A DNA stretch of 64,000 bases. It comes from Octopus sinensis (Eukaryota). The stretch is from assembly GCF_006345805.1 (NCBI RefSeq), contig NC_043010.1, positions 15,376,001 to 15,440,000 of the forward strand, given 5' to 3'. The translations under genes were made by a program, and so were the position numbers. The notes under the pieces were generated by a model. The model saw nothing but the letters and a program-made list of their open reading frames with translations. It ran no database searches and was not told the origin of the DNA. Positions 1 to 12,762 of the stretch are shown one piece after another. Numbering within the stretch: the stretch's first letter is position 1; each line of letters starts with the position of its first letter.

Positions 1-137
1 TAGATATACATACACACAAATAGACAGTCAGACAGGCAGATACACAGACAGACAGACCGATAGACAGACCGACAGACCTATATACAAACACATACTGTTC
101 TAATGCACATATAATTATATATGCTGTTTAAACACAG

Positions 138-203
138 TCACATAAAATGTTATGTCGATGTAGACATAACATTTCCTGGACCGTGAGCTTTATCAGGTTT
201 CAT
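138..203 (+). CDS. Possible internal exon of an unidentified host gene (SHKMLCRCRHNISWTVSFIRFH)
   Basis: acacag acceptor at 137, CAT|gtaagc donor at 204, 66 nt open in phase 0; an alternative donor (cc|gtgagc, 183) gives another open frame, so the reading is ambiguous. Confidence 0.2.
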
Positions 204-559
204 GTAAGCGTGCAATCATCAGCGAGGCGGAAAGAATTTAGTGGGCTGATAAATTTATTTTGTTCAGGTGGAAGGATCTAATTTTTCAAACCGTAGGTGT
301 GTCAGATTGAAGTTCAGCATTTAATGAAAGAATATAAGCAGTGAAGTTGAAATTTTTAGGTATCAGAACCGTAATTTATATTATATCACTTCGCAAAATA
401 CACGTAAACACATAAACACGCACACATTCTTCCGCTTCCCTTTTCAAAAATATGCATATTCAAGGCGGTGCTCCAGCATGGCCGCTGTCTAATAACTGGA
501 ACAAGTAAAAGATATGAAAGATGGTATATACGTATGCGTTCATACACATACGTGTGAAT

Positions 560-760
560 ATATATCGGACTTGCGGTCGGAGGATCGTGGTTTCGATTCC
601 CAGACCGGGCGTTGTGTGTGTTTATTGAGCGAAAACACCTAAAAAGCTCCACGAGGCTCCGGCAGGGGATGGTGGTGATCCCTGCTGTACTCTTTCACCA
701 CTCTAAAGGCGGTGCTCCAGCATGGCCGCAGTCAAATGACTGAAACAAGTACAAAAAAAA
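560..760 (+). mobile_element. Partial tRNA-derived SINE head (H2 type) fused to the 3' tail of SINE family A
   Basis: B-box-like ggtttcgattccc plus gagcgaaaacacctaaaaagctccacgagg matches the reverse complement of 51130-51250; 704-760 matches the family A tail. Confidence 0.7.
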
Positions 761-826
761 AAAAAACAAATAGATAGATTATATATATATATACGATACA
801 TACATACATACATACATACATACACA

Positions 827-1220
827 CTCTTTTACTGTTTTACTTGTTTCAGTCATTTGACTGTGGCCGTGCTGGAGCACCACCTTTAGTCGAACAAATC
901 GGCCCCAGGACTTAGTCTTTAGAAGCCTAGTACTTATTCAATCGGTCTCTTTTGCCGAACCACTAAGTTATGGGGACGTAAACACACCAGCATCGGTTGT
1001 CAAGCGATGTTGGGGCGACAAACACAGACACACATACATATATATATATATATATACATATATATGACGGGCTTCTTTCAGTTTCCGTCTACCAAATCTA
1101 CTCACAAGGCTTTGGTCGGCCCGAGGTTATAGTAGAAGACACTTGCCCAAGGTGCCACACAGTGGGACTGAACCCGGAACCATGTGGTTGGTAAGCAAGC
1201 TACTTACCACTCAGCCACTC
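827..1220 (-). mobile_element. SINE family A (tRNA-like head, CORE-like ccttgggcaagtgtctt, internal (TA/CA)n, (GTAAAAGA)n tail)
   Basis: About 20 similar copies or fragments in the window; A-box/B-box-like motifs in the head on the minus strand. Confidence 0.9.
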
Positions 1221-1451
1221 ACATACATACATACATACATACATACAAACATACATACATACATACATACATACATACATACATACACAGATACATACAT
1301 ACATACATACACAGATACATACATACATACATACATACATACATACATACATACATACATACATACATACATACATACGTTCGTACGTACGTACATACAT
1401 ACATAAATACATACATACATACATACACACACACATACATACATACATACA

Positions 1452-1480
<29 letters not shown>
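1221..1480. repeat. (TACA)n microsatellite
   Basis: Direct reading. Confidence 0.95.
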
Positions 1481-1481
<1 letters not shown>

Positions 1482-1483
<2 letters not shown>

Positions 1484-1712
1484 AGAGGTCTGGTTCAAAA
1501 CATCGAGAGTAGTGTTACAAAAAGGAAACTACAATACCTATCAGTCTAGCATTTAATCCTCTTCAAAGAAATTCCCTTCTGAAGCCATTGATGGAAGCAT
1601 TCCTGGAACTCCACTTTTGGCGATAAGGAGAAGCTGCCCCGTCGCATCCCTCTTGGATTTGCTCGACGTTTTGAAATCTTGATTTGAAGTGGAATTTGAT
1701 GTCTGGGAATGA
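1482..1712 (-). mobile_element. Mariner-type transposon relic: transposase C-terminus and 3' TIR
   Basis: Minus strand reads FQECFHQW...ASEGNFFEED* with a frameshift/deletion, typical of mariner C-termini; TA followed by a TACGAGG-like TIR at 1482. Confidence 0.7.
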
Positions 1713-1714
1713 CG

Positions 1715-1850
1715 TCACGTGGATTAGTGGTTAGGGTATTCGGTTCACGATCGTAAGGTCGCGAGTTCAATTTCTGGTGACGCGTTGTATCCTTCAGCAA
1801 GACACTTTATTTCACGTTGCTCCAGTAAACTCAGTTGGCAAAAATGAGTA
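1715..1850 (+). mobile_element. Truncated SINE, H1 head (tRNA-like plus CORE-like gcaagacactttatttcacgttgctccag)
   Basis: Matches 17535-17680 and 49215-49370. Confidence 0.75.
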
Positions 1851-1885
1851 GTATATTATTACAATACTCATTGTAATAATATATA

Positions 1886-2114
1886 TTTCTTTACTACCCA
1901 CAAGGGGCTAAACATAGAGGGGACAAACAAGGACAGACATAGGTATTAAATCGATTACATCGACCCCAGTGCGTAACTGGTACTTAATTTATCGACCCCC
2001 AAAGGATGAAAGGCAAAGTCGACCTCGGCGGAATTTGAACTCACAACGTAACGACAGACGAAATACGGCTACGCATTTCGCCCGGCGTGCTAACGTTTCT
2101 GCCAGCTCGCCGCC
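1886..2114 (-). mobile_element. SINE family B (tRNA-like head, gcctttcatcctttcggggtcgataaattaagtaccag body resembling the Meta domain) with 16-bp TSD
   Basis: tcattgtaataatata at 1868-1883 and 2117-2132; more than 10 related copies in the window. Confidence 0.9.
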
Positions 2115-2130
2115 CTTCATTGTAATAATA

Positions 2131-2722
2131 TACTGTAATCCCTCGACTATCGCGGGTGTTATGTCCCTCACCGCGATACGTGAAAATCCGCGAAGTAGAA
2201 ACAATACTGTAATGTATATATTTTAAAATTATTTTTATAATTTGTATATATTTATTTTATTATAAATGCAAAGCACCACCGCACACTCACCTCCGGAGTT
2301 TCGTTTCCCATACAGTATGTGCGGCTCCTTGTTTACTCGTCTACGGTACACTACGTATTTTCTTTTGATATATTCTAATTAATGTGTTACACAGTGAAGT
2401 ACTGTTTTGTATTTTATTTATTAATTTATTAATTTTTAGGCGTCAAAATGCATATTTTACCACTTAAATAATTAAAATCTAAAAAAATATAAATACCTAT
2501 CAGCTACAGAAAGCCGCGATATACTGAGGAGTCCGCGATAAGTGAACCGCGACGTACTGAGTGCGCGATAGGTGAACCGCGATATGGCGACTGAAATAAT
2601 TAAAATCTAAAAAAATATAAATACCCATCAGCTGCAGAAAACCGCGATATACTGAGGAGTCCGCGATAAGTGAACCGCGACGTACTGAGTGCGCGATAGG
2701 TGAACCGCGATATGGCGAGGAG
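2131..2722. mobile_element. Tigger/pogo-like non-autonomous DNA transposon remnant with an internal ~127-bp tandem duplication
   Basis: Starts TA-CTGTAATCCCTCGACTATCGCGG, resembling pogo/Tigger TIRs; 2470-2592 is repeated at 2598-2718; an inverted copy of the end lies at about 2962-3000. Confidence 0.55.
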
Positions 2723-3517
2723 TTGCAAATTACAAATAACTTTGGGCATTTAATATACAAATTCTACTTTTCAGACCTATGTTCCAAACTTTTGGCCGCG
2801 ATTGTGTATACATATTCACACAGACATACACTTACATATGCAGACTGATGTTCACTCACGCTCACAAATATACACACGAGCTTACACATACACTGTGACG
2901 TATGCGAAGGTAACGCATACACTTACATACACTCACACACGTACGCATCCTGTCCTCTCCGTTACCATATCGCGGTTCACCTATCGCGCACTCTGTACGT
3001 CTCTCGCACATACACACACACACACACACGCACATATATGCTACCGCTCTCTCTTTCTGTCACACATTTTCTTTCTCTGTCTCACACACAAACACTCAAC
3101 TACACACACACTCGCACACACACACATACATACACATACGCAAACACACATAAATATATATACATATACATGCATATAATTACACATTGAAATAGACTTA
3201 AATCCGACGCATAAACTCACTATACTCACATACCAACCTGCGCGTGCGCACACATGCACACACACACACACACACGCACACGCACACATACAAATACACC
3301 CACGTGCATACACACGCATACGCATACATCGATACGCAAGCCTATGCATACAGACAAGTCGTAGGCAAGGTGCGGCCCGCGGGACTTTCTTAATGACACG
3401 CCAACAGTAGAATTATTATAGTAGTGCTAATCGTCTGATGATGAGTCATATCTCATCCAGCCCGCTTCTCGATAAACGTTGCCCGTACACGAGTATCTGC
3501 AATCCACAGAGTAAAAT

Positions 3518-4293
3518 CCTCCTTCGGTCACGAATGACCATGGGATTGCACCTAGAAAGTTACCCTCCAAGGCACAAGTCCGAGCTACGTTTTTTATGGA
3601 AGATCAGCATTCGCCTATGCATACCAGCCACCCGTCTCCATGCCACCGATGTTATCCAAGGGAATGGCAAAGAGGTCGATACAGCTTGGCATCAGTGACG
3701 TCACAACTCATTTCTACAGCTGAGTTAACTGGAGCCATGTGAAAATTTTCTTTTTCAATTCAATTCAATTTTTATTGGCTCAAAAAAGCAAAAGCAAGTC
3801 CATGTATAGGGGGACAGGGAGTTATGTACAGGGAGTGTGGTCATACAAAGAGTTCAGGCCATTTCTGGTCAAGAGAGACTTTGAACCGAGCGGTCGTCGG
3901 CATCTTCACTATCTCGTCCTGCTGCTTATTCCACGGATCCGCAACCCGGACGGAGAAAGCCCCTCTCCTTCGATTGAGATGAAATCGTCGTAGATAGAGC
4001 TTTTCGGAGTGACCCCCGCAGCCGACGCTCCGGAGCAGGAGTGAAGAACAGCTCTTTCGAGAGGTTACACTTTCCGTTTATGATCTTGTGAGCGAGAATG
4101 AGATCACCACGGCGTCGTCGTTTTTCGAGAGAATAAAGGTCGAGCGTCTTCAGCCTTTCTTCATAAGACAAATGCTTGAGACCAGAATAAAGTGTCTTGC
4201 TCAAGAACACCAACACACAGTCGGATCCAGGAATCGAACTGACTACCTCATGATTGTAAACCCGACGCTCTAACCACTGAGCTATGCGCCTTC
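3518..4293 (-). mobile_element. SINE (H1 head, T3 tail) interrupted by a LINE fragment
   Basis: Head at 4186-4293 and body at 3518-3746 join into the element seen uninterrupted at 49215-49560. Confidence 0.8.
3747..4185 (-). mobile_element. 5'-truncated CR1/L2-group LINE 3' end with (AATTG)n tail
   Basis: YEERLKTLDLYSLEKRRRRGDLILAHKIING matches the conserved CR1 ORF2 C-terminus; the frameshifted continuation reads RRGAFSVRVADPWN. Confidence 0.85.
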
Positions 4294-4456
4294 ACATATA
4301 TATAGACATTTATGTATACATATACGCACTGACATAAGATACAGATATATACACACACGTTCTAAGACACACGCGTGTACATACATAAGCCTCATATACA
4401 CACACATACACACACTAGTACATATGCATAAGCATGTATTCGTATACATCATCGAC

Positions 4457-4487
<31 letters not shown>

Positions 4488-4569
4488 TCAGACACACACA
4501 TATATATCTGTCACTTAAAATAGATACATACACATACACTATGACGATACACACACATACACACACACG

Positions 4570-4697
4570 CACACAAACATGCATACACACATGTACATTA
4601 ATACACACACACACACACAGACACACACACACACATACACACACACACACACCAACATGCATACACACATGTACATTAATACACACACACACACACA

Positions 4698-4729
<32 letters not shown>

Positions 4730-4777
4730 AACATGCATACACACATGTACATTAATACACACACACACACACAGACA

Positions 4778-4810
<33 letters not shown>

Positions 4811-4980
4811 AACATGCATACACACATGTACATTAATACACACACACACACACAGACACACACCACACACTACAACACACACACACACACCAACATGCAT
4901 ACACACATGTACATTAATACACACACACACACACACACAGACACACACACACACCACACACACGCACACACCAACATGCT
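4570..4980. repeat. CA-rich minisatellite (accaacatgcatacacacatgtacattaat plus (CA)n)
   Basis: At least 5 recurrences, about 50-70 bp apart. Confidence 0.9.
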
Positions 4981-5224
4981 CTGACACGATAGAGATCTCA
5001 CATTCCTACAACAAAAAACTCACATAATAACCAAGCAAAGCAGTTGTACATTCTGAGTGTATACACACATACATTCACACACTCACATATACTCCACGCA
5101 CATAAACACATACATATCTATATATATGCACATACACACAACGAAGCAGAAATCCATTCATACTTATATATACGTTCATAGACACACCTTCACTTCGTCT
5201 CTGTTTGTGTCTGTTTGTGTCTGT

Positions 5225-5568
5225 CTTCTGTCTCTCTCTTTCTCTCTCTCTCCTGATCTCTCTCTCTCTCTCTCTCTCCTAATATCTCTCTCTCTCTCTC
5301 CTGATATCTCTCTCTCTCTCTCCTATGATCTCTTCTCCTCTCTCTCTCTCTCTCCTAATATCTCTCTCTCTCTCCTGATATCTCTCTCTCTCTCTCCTGA
5401 TATCTCTCTCTCTCTCTCCTGATATCTCTCTCTCTCTCTCCTGATATCTCTCTCTCTCTCTCCTGATATCTCTCTCTCTCTCCTGATATCTCTCTCTCTC
5501 TCTCCTGATCTCTCTCTCTCTCTCTCTCTCTCTTCCTGATCTCTCTCTCTCTCTCTCTCTCTCTCACC
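5225..5568. repeat. (CT)n minisatellite with cctgatat interruptions
   Basis: Direct reading. Confidence 0.9.
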
Positions 5569-5858
5569 CATACAAAGTTACATATTCATACACAAATACA
5601 TATACATACATATATATATATATATATAACTATATATAATATTATATATATAAATGTGAAACGAGGAGGGTTAAAAATAGTACTCGAATACCGGAGGTAG
5701 TAGAGCAACGTACTTTATTATTATTATTAAAGCGCGCAAAAACATAACAAAAATATCACAAAAAAACCCCCTGCTACTCAGAGTTTCACGTCTCCATTCG
5801 TCGGACAATTTAGATTGAGAAATATACATACATATACATTTTACACACATACATACTT

Positions 5859-5889
<31 letters not shown>

Positions 5890-5905
5890 TATAAAATATA
5901 TATAT

Positions 5906-5944
<39 letters not shown>

Positions 5945-6408
5945 CATACTTATATATATATATATACATACATACATATACATATATATATATATTATAC
6001 ATTCAACATACATGCATATACATACTTATATATATATGTATATATATATACATACATATACATACATATACGTATATACATACTTATACATTTATACATA
6101 TACATACATATATACGTATATACATACATATCCATATATACATATATAAATATACATACATATGCATACGCGCGCGCACACACACACAAACATGCACACA
6201 TTCTTCCGCTTCCCTTTTCAAAAATACGCATATTCAAGGCGGTGCCCCAGCATGGCCGCTGTACACACACACACACTCACACACACACACATACGCACAC
6301 ACACACATACGCACACACACGCGCACACACCGTATAGATTGTTTTTTTTCTGTCACACGCATATAGATACTCTCACCCTCACACACACACACATACGTAT
6401 ATAGATAC

Positions 6409-6444
<36 letters not shown>

Positions 6445-6588
6445 CACACACTCACACACGCACGCACACACACACACACACACACACACAACACACACAC
6501 AACACACACCACACACACACAACTCACACACGCACACACACACACACACTCACACACACACACACGCACACAGAGACACACATATATA

Positions 6589-6955
6589 TAGCCACAGCTG
6601 TGTGGTAAAAAGCTTTTCTCCCAACCACATGGTTCCGGGTTCAGTCCCACTGCGAGGCACTTTGGCCAAGTGCCTTCTGCTATAGCCTCGGGCCGAACGG
6701 ATTCGGTAGAGGAAAACTGAAAGAAGGCCATCGTATATTTACGTGTGTATTTCTCTGTGCATCTCTGTGTTTGTGCCACCCGATGTTGGTGTGTTTATGT
6801 CGCCGTAATTAGCAGTTCGGTAAAAGAAACCGATAGAAAAAGTACCAGACTTACTAAGAATAAGTCTTGGGGTCGATTTTCCTCGACTAAAAAGAACTAG
6901 AACGTGGTGGTCCAGCATGGCCTTGGTGAACTGCCTGAAACAAGTAAAAGAATAA
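6589..6955 (+). mobile_element. SINE family A, diverged
   Basis: Collinear with the family A consensus on +. Confidence 0.85.
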
Positions 6956-7001
6956 ATGTATATATATATACATATACACATATATATAATATATACATAT
7001 A

Positions 7002-7036
<35 letters not shown>

Positions 7037-7453
7037 CTATATATATATATATATATATATTAATATACATATATATATATATGTATGTATATATATATAT
7101 ATATATATATAATTATATGTGTATATACATACATATACATACATTCATACGCACACAAACTTATATACAAACACACATATATATGCACAAATATACACAT
7201 ACACATGCCAACACGTGCATACATACAATATCAGGCATTCGACTGAAAACTCTTGAAAGCGCTGCTGCAGCATGGCCGCAGTCTACTGACTGAAACAATA
7301 AAAAAGATACATACATACATATATATATATGATATATATATGTATGATGTATGTATATATGTATGTATGTATGTATGTATGTAGTATGTATGTATGTATA
7401 TATGATATATTATATAATATGTATATATATATATATATGTGATATATATATAT

Positions 7454-7500
<47 letters not shown>

Positions 7501-7620
7501 CACACATACACACACCAAACATATATACAAATATACATACAGATATAAGCACACGACGCATATTCATACCCATATTCAAACGCATAAACAAACCATTACG
7601 GACAGAAATTCAGTATAGAA

Positions 7621-7656
<36 letters not shown>

Positions 7657-8022
7657 GCATACACACACACACATACGCATACACACACACACACACACAT
7701 ACGCATACACACACACACATACACATACACATGCAAACACACAAATATACTCTTAGCATATTTACATACACATCATGCAGCGCGCGCTCACACACACACA
7801 CACACACACGTACACATTCACACACACAATCTCATACACATAAACTAACACACACATTACACACACATACACACACACACACAAACGTATTTATGCACAC
7901 GTTCATTGATGTACACATACGAACTCACAGATACACACACAACCGCACGTATATCCATATAAACACATTACACACACACACACGCACACATTGACACGCA
8001 CATTCTCACACACACACATACG

Positions 8023-8066
<44 letters not shown>

Positions 8067-8409
8067 GATAGATAGATACAAATACACACACACACACACA
8101 TATTCACATATGTACGCCAGACACAAAAACCATTTTCTCACACGCACACACGCGCAAACACACGCATAGTTACACATTCATTAACACACACATACCTTTA
8201 CACATTCATTAACACACATACATACACACGTATATTTATATATATACACAGATAAGTATAAACTCGCAAACGAATGTTAACATATACCGCACACAAAAAC
8301 ATATTCTTTCTCTCTCCCTCAAATACACACACGCACACACACACATTTACATACATGAGGTCATTAACAAACACACATATTATTCATACACACATTTATG
8401 TATGTATAA

Positions 8410-8452
<43 letters not shown>

Positions 8453-8661
8453 CAAATACAAACGCATATTCACATACACCCCACATGCAAAACATTCTCT
8501 TCCTTTTTTTTCTTTCTTGCTTTCTCTCTCTCTCACAAACACTTCCATACATGCATACATACATACATACATACATACAGCCATTAACAAACGCCACATT
8601 ATTCATACATACACACTCTTATATATATATATATAATATATATATATAATATATATATATA

Positions 8662-8720
<59 letters not shown>

Positions 8721-8958
8721 GATATATATAATATATGTATATATTTATGTATTCTATATACGCCGACAGAACACAGAGATAGTTAAATGCGAGATCGCCA
8801 GAATGTCGCCAGCCAATTGATCAATGTGTCCCAGTCTACATTCGTGTCGCCATTGGATGTCGGATGTCGGCGAAAAACAATATTTACAACGTAATCACTT
8901 TGTTTGAGTAGGCACAAGGCCAACGTTTGTAGGCCAAAGCAAGTTTCTTACTGCATAG

Positions 8959-9020
8959 ATTATTCAATGCTGCTTCTTTCCTCTTACCTCCTGCATGCTC
9001 TCTGACCAAATATATTACTG
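8959..9020 (+). CDS. Possible internal exon (IIQCCFFPLTSCMLSDQIYY, phase 0 to 2)
   Basis: tttcttactgcatag acceptor, CTG|gtacgt donor, unique sequence, joins 17297 in frame; the minus strand also has an open frame with splice-like signals. Confidence 0.35.
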
Positions 9021-9174
9021 GTACGTTAACAATCCGTGAATTACTAACGAATGGCGAAAATACGAAAGAGCAGCGGAGGACGGACCGGAATTCGGGGCTT
9101 ATGGCGGCTGTGTGGTTTAACACTTTAACCACATCGTGCGCCATATACGGTTCACGGGTAACTGTCCCAATCTG

Positions 9175-9550
9175 GGATCTTTTCGGTTTGAACGGCAGTT
9201 TTTTTTTTTTTAGCGGTGTCATATGAAATTGTCACCCATAATTATGACCCTAGTATCGATCTATTGCATTTCAATGTTTTAGGGTTAGGGCTAGGAGTGG
9301 GGGGAAGGGTATCTTTTTTTCTTCACAAATGTAAATAAACCCAATCTGTTTCTTAAACGAGGGACATATACGGCATAGAATGTTTTCACCTTCAATAGAG
9401 GTCATTGATTGGTTGAAATTGCAGAAATTGAAGAAAAAAACCCTCAAGAAATATCTTACAAATTATAGAATTTTCTCAATAAAGCCAAGAGAAAAAGATG
9501 TTTTATAAACACATTCTACCAGTATACGAAGTTTATAAGTGTTTAGTTAC
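9175..9550 (+). mobile_element. MITE family M (TIR GGATCTTTTCGGTTTGAACGGCAGTTTTT), one end missing
   Basis: Same TIR and body as 56329-56750. Confidence 0.85.
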
Positions 9551-9564
9551 ACAATGCAGATTGG

Positions 9565-9990
9565 GGATCTTTTCGGTTTGACCGGCAGTTTTTAAAAATA
9601 ATTTCCACGTAACTAAACACTTTTAAACTTCGTATACTGGTAGAATGTGTTTATAAAACATCTTTTTCTCTTGGCTTTATTGAGAAAATTCTATAGTTTG
9701 TAAGATATTCGTGGTATTTTAAATTCAATTTCTGCAATTTCAACCAATCAATGACGTCTATTGAAGGTAAAAAAACACTCTGTGCCGTATGAATATGTCC
9801 CTCGTTTAAGAAACAGATTAGGTTTATTTACATTTGTGAAGAAAAAAAGATACCCTTCCTCTCACCCCTAACCCTAACCCTAACCCTAAAACACATTGAA
9901 ATACAATAGATCGATGCTAGGGTCATAATTACGGGTGACAATTACATATGACACCGCTAGAAAAAACTGCCGTTCAAACCGAAAAGATCC
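9565..9990 (-). mobile_element. MITE family M with both TIRs, opposite orientation
   Basis: TIRs at 9565 and 9990; internal (CCCTAA)3. Confidence 0.9.
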
Positions 9991-10225
9991 AAACTCCGTC
10001 GTTATCATACATGATTTATGTTTTAAAAATGAAGGATAATAATTAGATTTTGCAAATTTATAATATATATTCCTGTTTCATTATCAAAACATATCAATAA
10101 TAATTACGTAAAATAAGTAATAATAAAAAGCAACTGATGCTGGTGAGGCTGGATGGCTAAACTCAGAGATGCGTTTAAAAGAAGCCTTCTTTGCAAACCA
10201 CTCGGTTGCTCACTGGACAATCGTT

Positions 10226-10453
10226 GGATCTTTTCACTTTGACCGGCAGATTTAAAAAATAATTTCTTTGTAACTAAACACTTTTAAACTTCGTATACTG
10301 GTAGTATACCAATCAATGACGTCTATTGAGGTGAATGCAATATCTGCCGTATTTTGTCAACAACATTTTCTGGCGGTGTCATATCAATTTGTCACTGTTT
10401 ATAGTTACAAAGAAATTATTTTAAAAATCTGCCGGTCAAAGTGAAAAAGATCC
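10226..10453. mobile_element. MITE family M, internally deleted, 8-bp TSD caatcgtt
   Basis: TSD at 10218-10225 and 10454-10461; TIRs at both ends. Confidence 0.85.
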
Positions 10454-10529
10454 CAATCGTTTCCTACAAATAGCAACAGAATGATCTATCCTATGCTTGG
10501 AAACTGTGCGGAAACCTCTATCTTGATGT

Positions 10530-11275
10530 TCTTTACTCTTTTACTTGTTTCACTAATCTGACTGCGGCCATGCTGGAGCACCACCTTCAAGGGGTTTTTT
10601 AGTCGAACAAGTTGACCACCAGGGCTTTTTCCTTTTAAAGTTTGGTACTTATTCTATCGTTCTTTATTTGCCGAACCGCTACGTTACGGGGACATAAGCA
10701 CACCAGCACTGGTTGTCAAGCGATGGCAGACTGACTAACATAAACACACACACAAATATATACATACATACATATATATATACGACGGGCTTCTTCCAGT
10801 TTCCGTCTACTAAACCTACTCACAAGGTTTTGTATCTTCTATTTGTTGCATCCATGAACTGCGGCCACGCTGGAGCACTTGCATTTAAGGATTTTGTTGA
10901 ACAAGTTGACCTCGGTACTTATATTTTTCTAAAGCCTGGTAGTTATTCCTTGCATTCTCTATTTGCTGAATTGCTAGGTTAAGACGACGTAAACAAACTA
11001 ACAACGATTGTCAAGCAGTGCTGGACAAACGCAAGCAGACAGACACATGCATACACACACACACCACACACACACACACAGACACACACACACACAGACA
11101 CACAGACACACACAGACACACACACATACACACAACACACACACACACACACAGTCATCCACCCACACACATAGTTTATTTTTGTCGAACCGCTAAGTTA
11201 TGGGGAGGCAAACACACGAATACCCATTGTCAAGGTATGGTGGAGGAGAGAAACACACACACACACACACACACA

Positions 11276-11314
<39 letters not shown>

Positions 11315-11470
11315 TATGGGCTTATTTTAGTTTCCGTGTACCATGTTACCAGGTCCATTCACAAGACGTCCGTCGGCCCGGTGCTATAGAAGTGCTGCGC
11401 AGCGGTACTGAACCTAGCACTATGTGGTTAGAAAACAAACCTCTTACCACACAACGACGCCTGCCCCTGC
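10530..11470 (-). mobile_element. Cluster of three partial, diverged family A SINEs separated by (CA)n
   Basis: Family A segments at about 10530-10830, 10830-11030 and 11170-11470. Confidence 0.75.
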
Positions 11471-11525
11471 ATAAAGGTATCAGATTGCATATATATATAT
11501 ATATATATATATAAAGGTATCAGAT

Positions 11526-11562
<37 letters not shown>

Positions 11563-12409
11563 ACTACCTTAAGGTGACCCGCTCTACGCGCGGGTGAGGG
11601 TGTGGTTGTTACTTTCTGTTGCTTCCTTTCTGTTTCTTATCGCCACATTCTCCCTCTTTGTTTCTCTCTCCTTTCTCTCTCACTTTCCCACTAACTTACT
11701 TTTCCTTTCTCTCGGACTCTCCCTCGCTTTCTCTTACTCTCTATCTTTCTCTATCTCTCTCTCATTTGTAAAAAATTAGATTTCCGCGCTTAAATTACTA
11801 ATCCGCTTCCACATTACCATGTTGAAAATTAGTTTGAAATCGGGCAAAGAGTGTCCAACCTTAAAATAACTTAGCGGTTCGCCAATCGTGATCGATAAAA
11901 TAACTTAGCGGTTCGCCAAAGGATATCGATAAAATAACTTACAGGTTCGCCAAACTTGATCGATAAAATAACTTAGCGGCTCGCTAAAGGAGATCGATAA
12001 AATAAACTAGCGGTTCGGCAAAGTAGATCGATAAAATAACTTAGCAGTTCTCTCGGACCCTCCCTCGCTTTCTCTTACTCTATCTTTCTCTATCTATCTC
12101 TCTCCCATTTATAAAAAATTAGATTTCCGCGCTTAAATTACAAATCCGCTTTCACTTTACCATGTTGAAAATTAGATTGAAATCGGGCAAAAGGTGTCCA
12201 ATCTTAACCCCCAAGTGTCCCCCCGTATCAATAAAACACCCGTTTTCACAGCAAAGCAATCACTGTAGCGCCCCAAAACGTCTCCCAATCAATTTCTCAC
12301 CTCAAGTTATCCGCTCCTGTAAATTTTACTCCCCTTCCACCCCCATTTAGATCCCTTTTTACATAAAAATCCAATTTGTATCAACGTTCGCTTTCTTCAT
12401 TTTATAGAT
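11563..12409 (+). mobile_element. Probable Helentron/Helitron-like non-autonomous element
   Basis: 5' GC hairpin acccgctctacgcgcgggt and 3' ttttatagat end resemble HINE/DINE-type elements; family not confirmed. Confidence 0.4.
11862..12049 (+). repeat. ~35-bp minisatellite (gatcgataaaataacttagcggttcgccaaa), about 5.5 copies
   Basis: Direct reading; flanked by ~155-bp direct repeats at 11710-11861 and 12050-12205. Confidence 0.9.
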
Positions 12410-12713
12410 TAGACAGATATACCCGGCCTTGCTCGGGATTAAAATAGTTTATTATTGTTTTATTTGTTCCGGTATTATAACTCGACTTCATTCGGGTCTA
12501 CGCGGGCCACATTTTAAAAGATGAAGAATTTTACCCTAGAGGCCATGCATTTCAATTGAGCAAATTCAAAGTTGCCATGCAATCTCGCTAACACTTTTAA
12601 CATAGGTGTGCATATTTTCATCTCAATCCGACCACATATGCACTCATTATATATATATATATATATATATACATACGCATTAAATATGTACATATATACT
12701 CATTATATGTCCA

Positions 12714-12762
<49 letters not shown>

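Noticed and set aside
145-174. 12-bp perfect hairpin as a pre-miRNA
   Set aside because: Too short; plausible by chance in AT-rich DNA
185-230. Minus-strand CTGATGA...GAAA near the window start, and CTGATGAG at about 62410
   Set aside because: No stem I complement (and no GAAA at 62410)
423-6260. 65-bp sequence shared by 423-487 and about 6197-6260 as a conserved element
   Set aside because: Contains the SINE A tail core (ggcggtgctccagcatggccgc); probably a SINE derivative
9866-9888. Telomere or interstitial telomeric sequence
   Set aside because: Only 2-3 hexamers, a fixed part of the MITE
11862-12049. CRISPR-like repeat array
   Set aside because: Variable parts are only 3-4 nt, the DNA is eukaryotic, there are no cas genes, and the unit derives from a SINE
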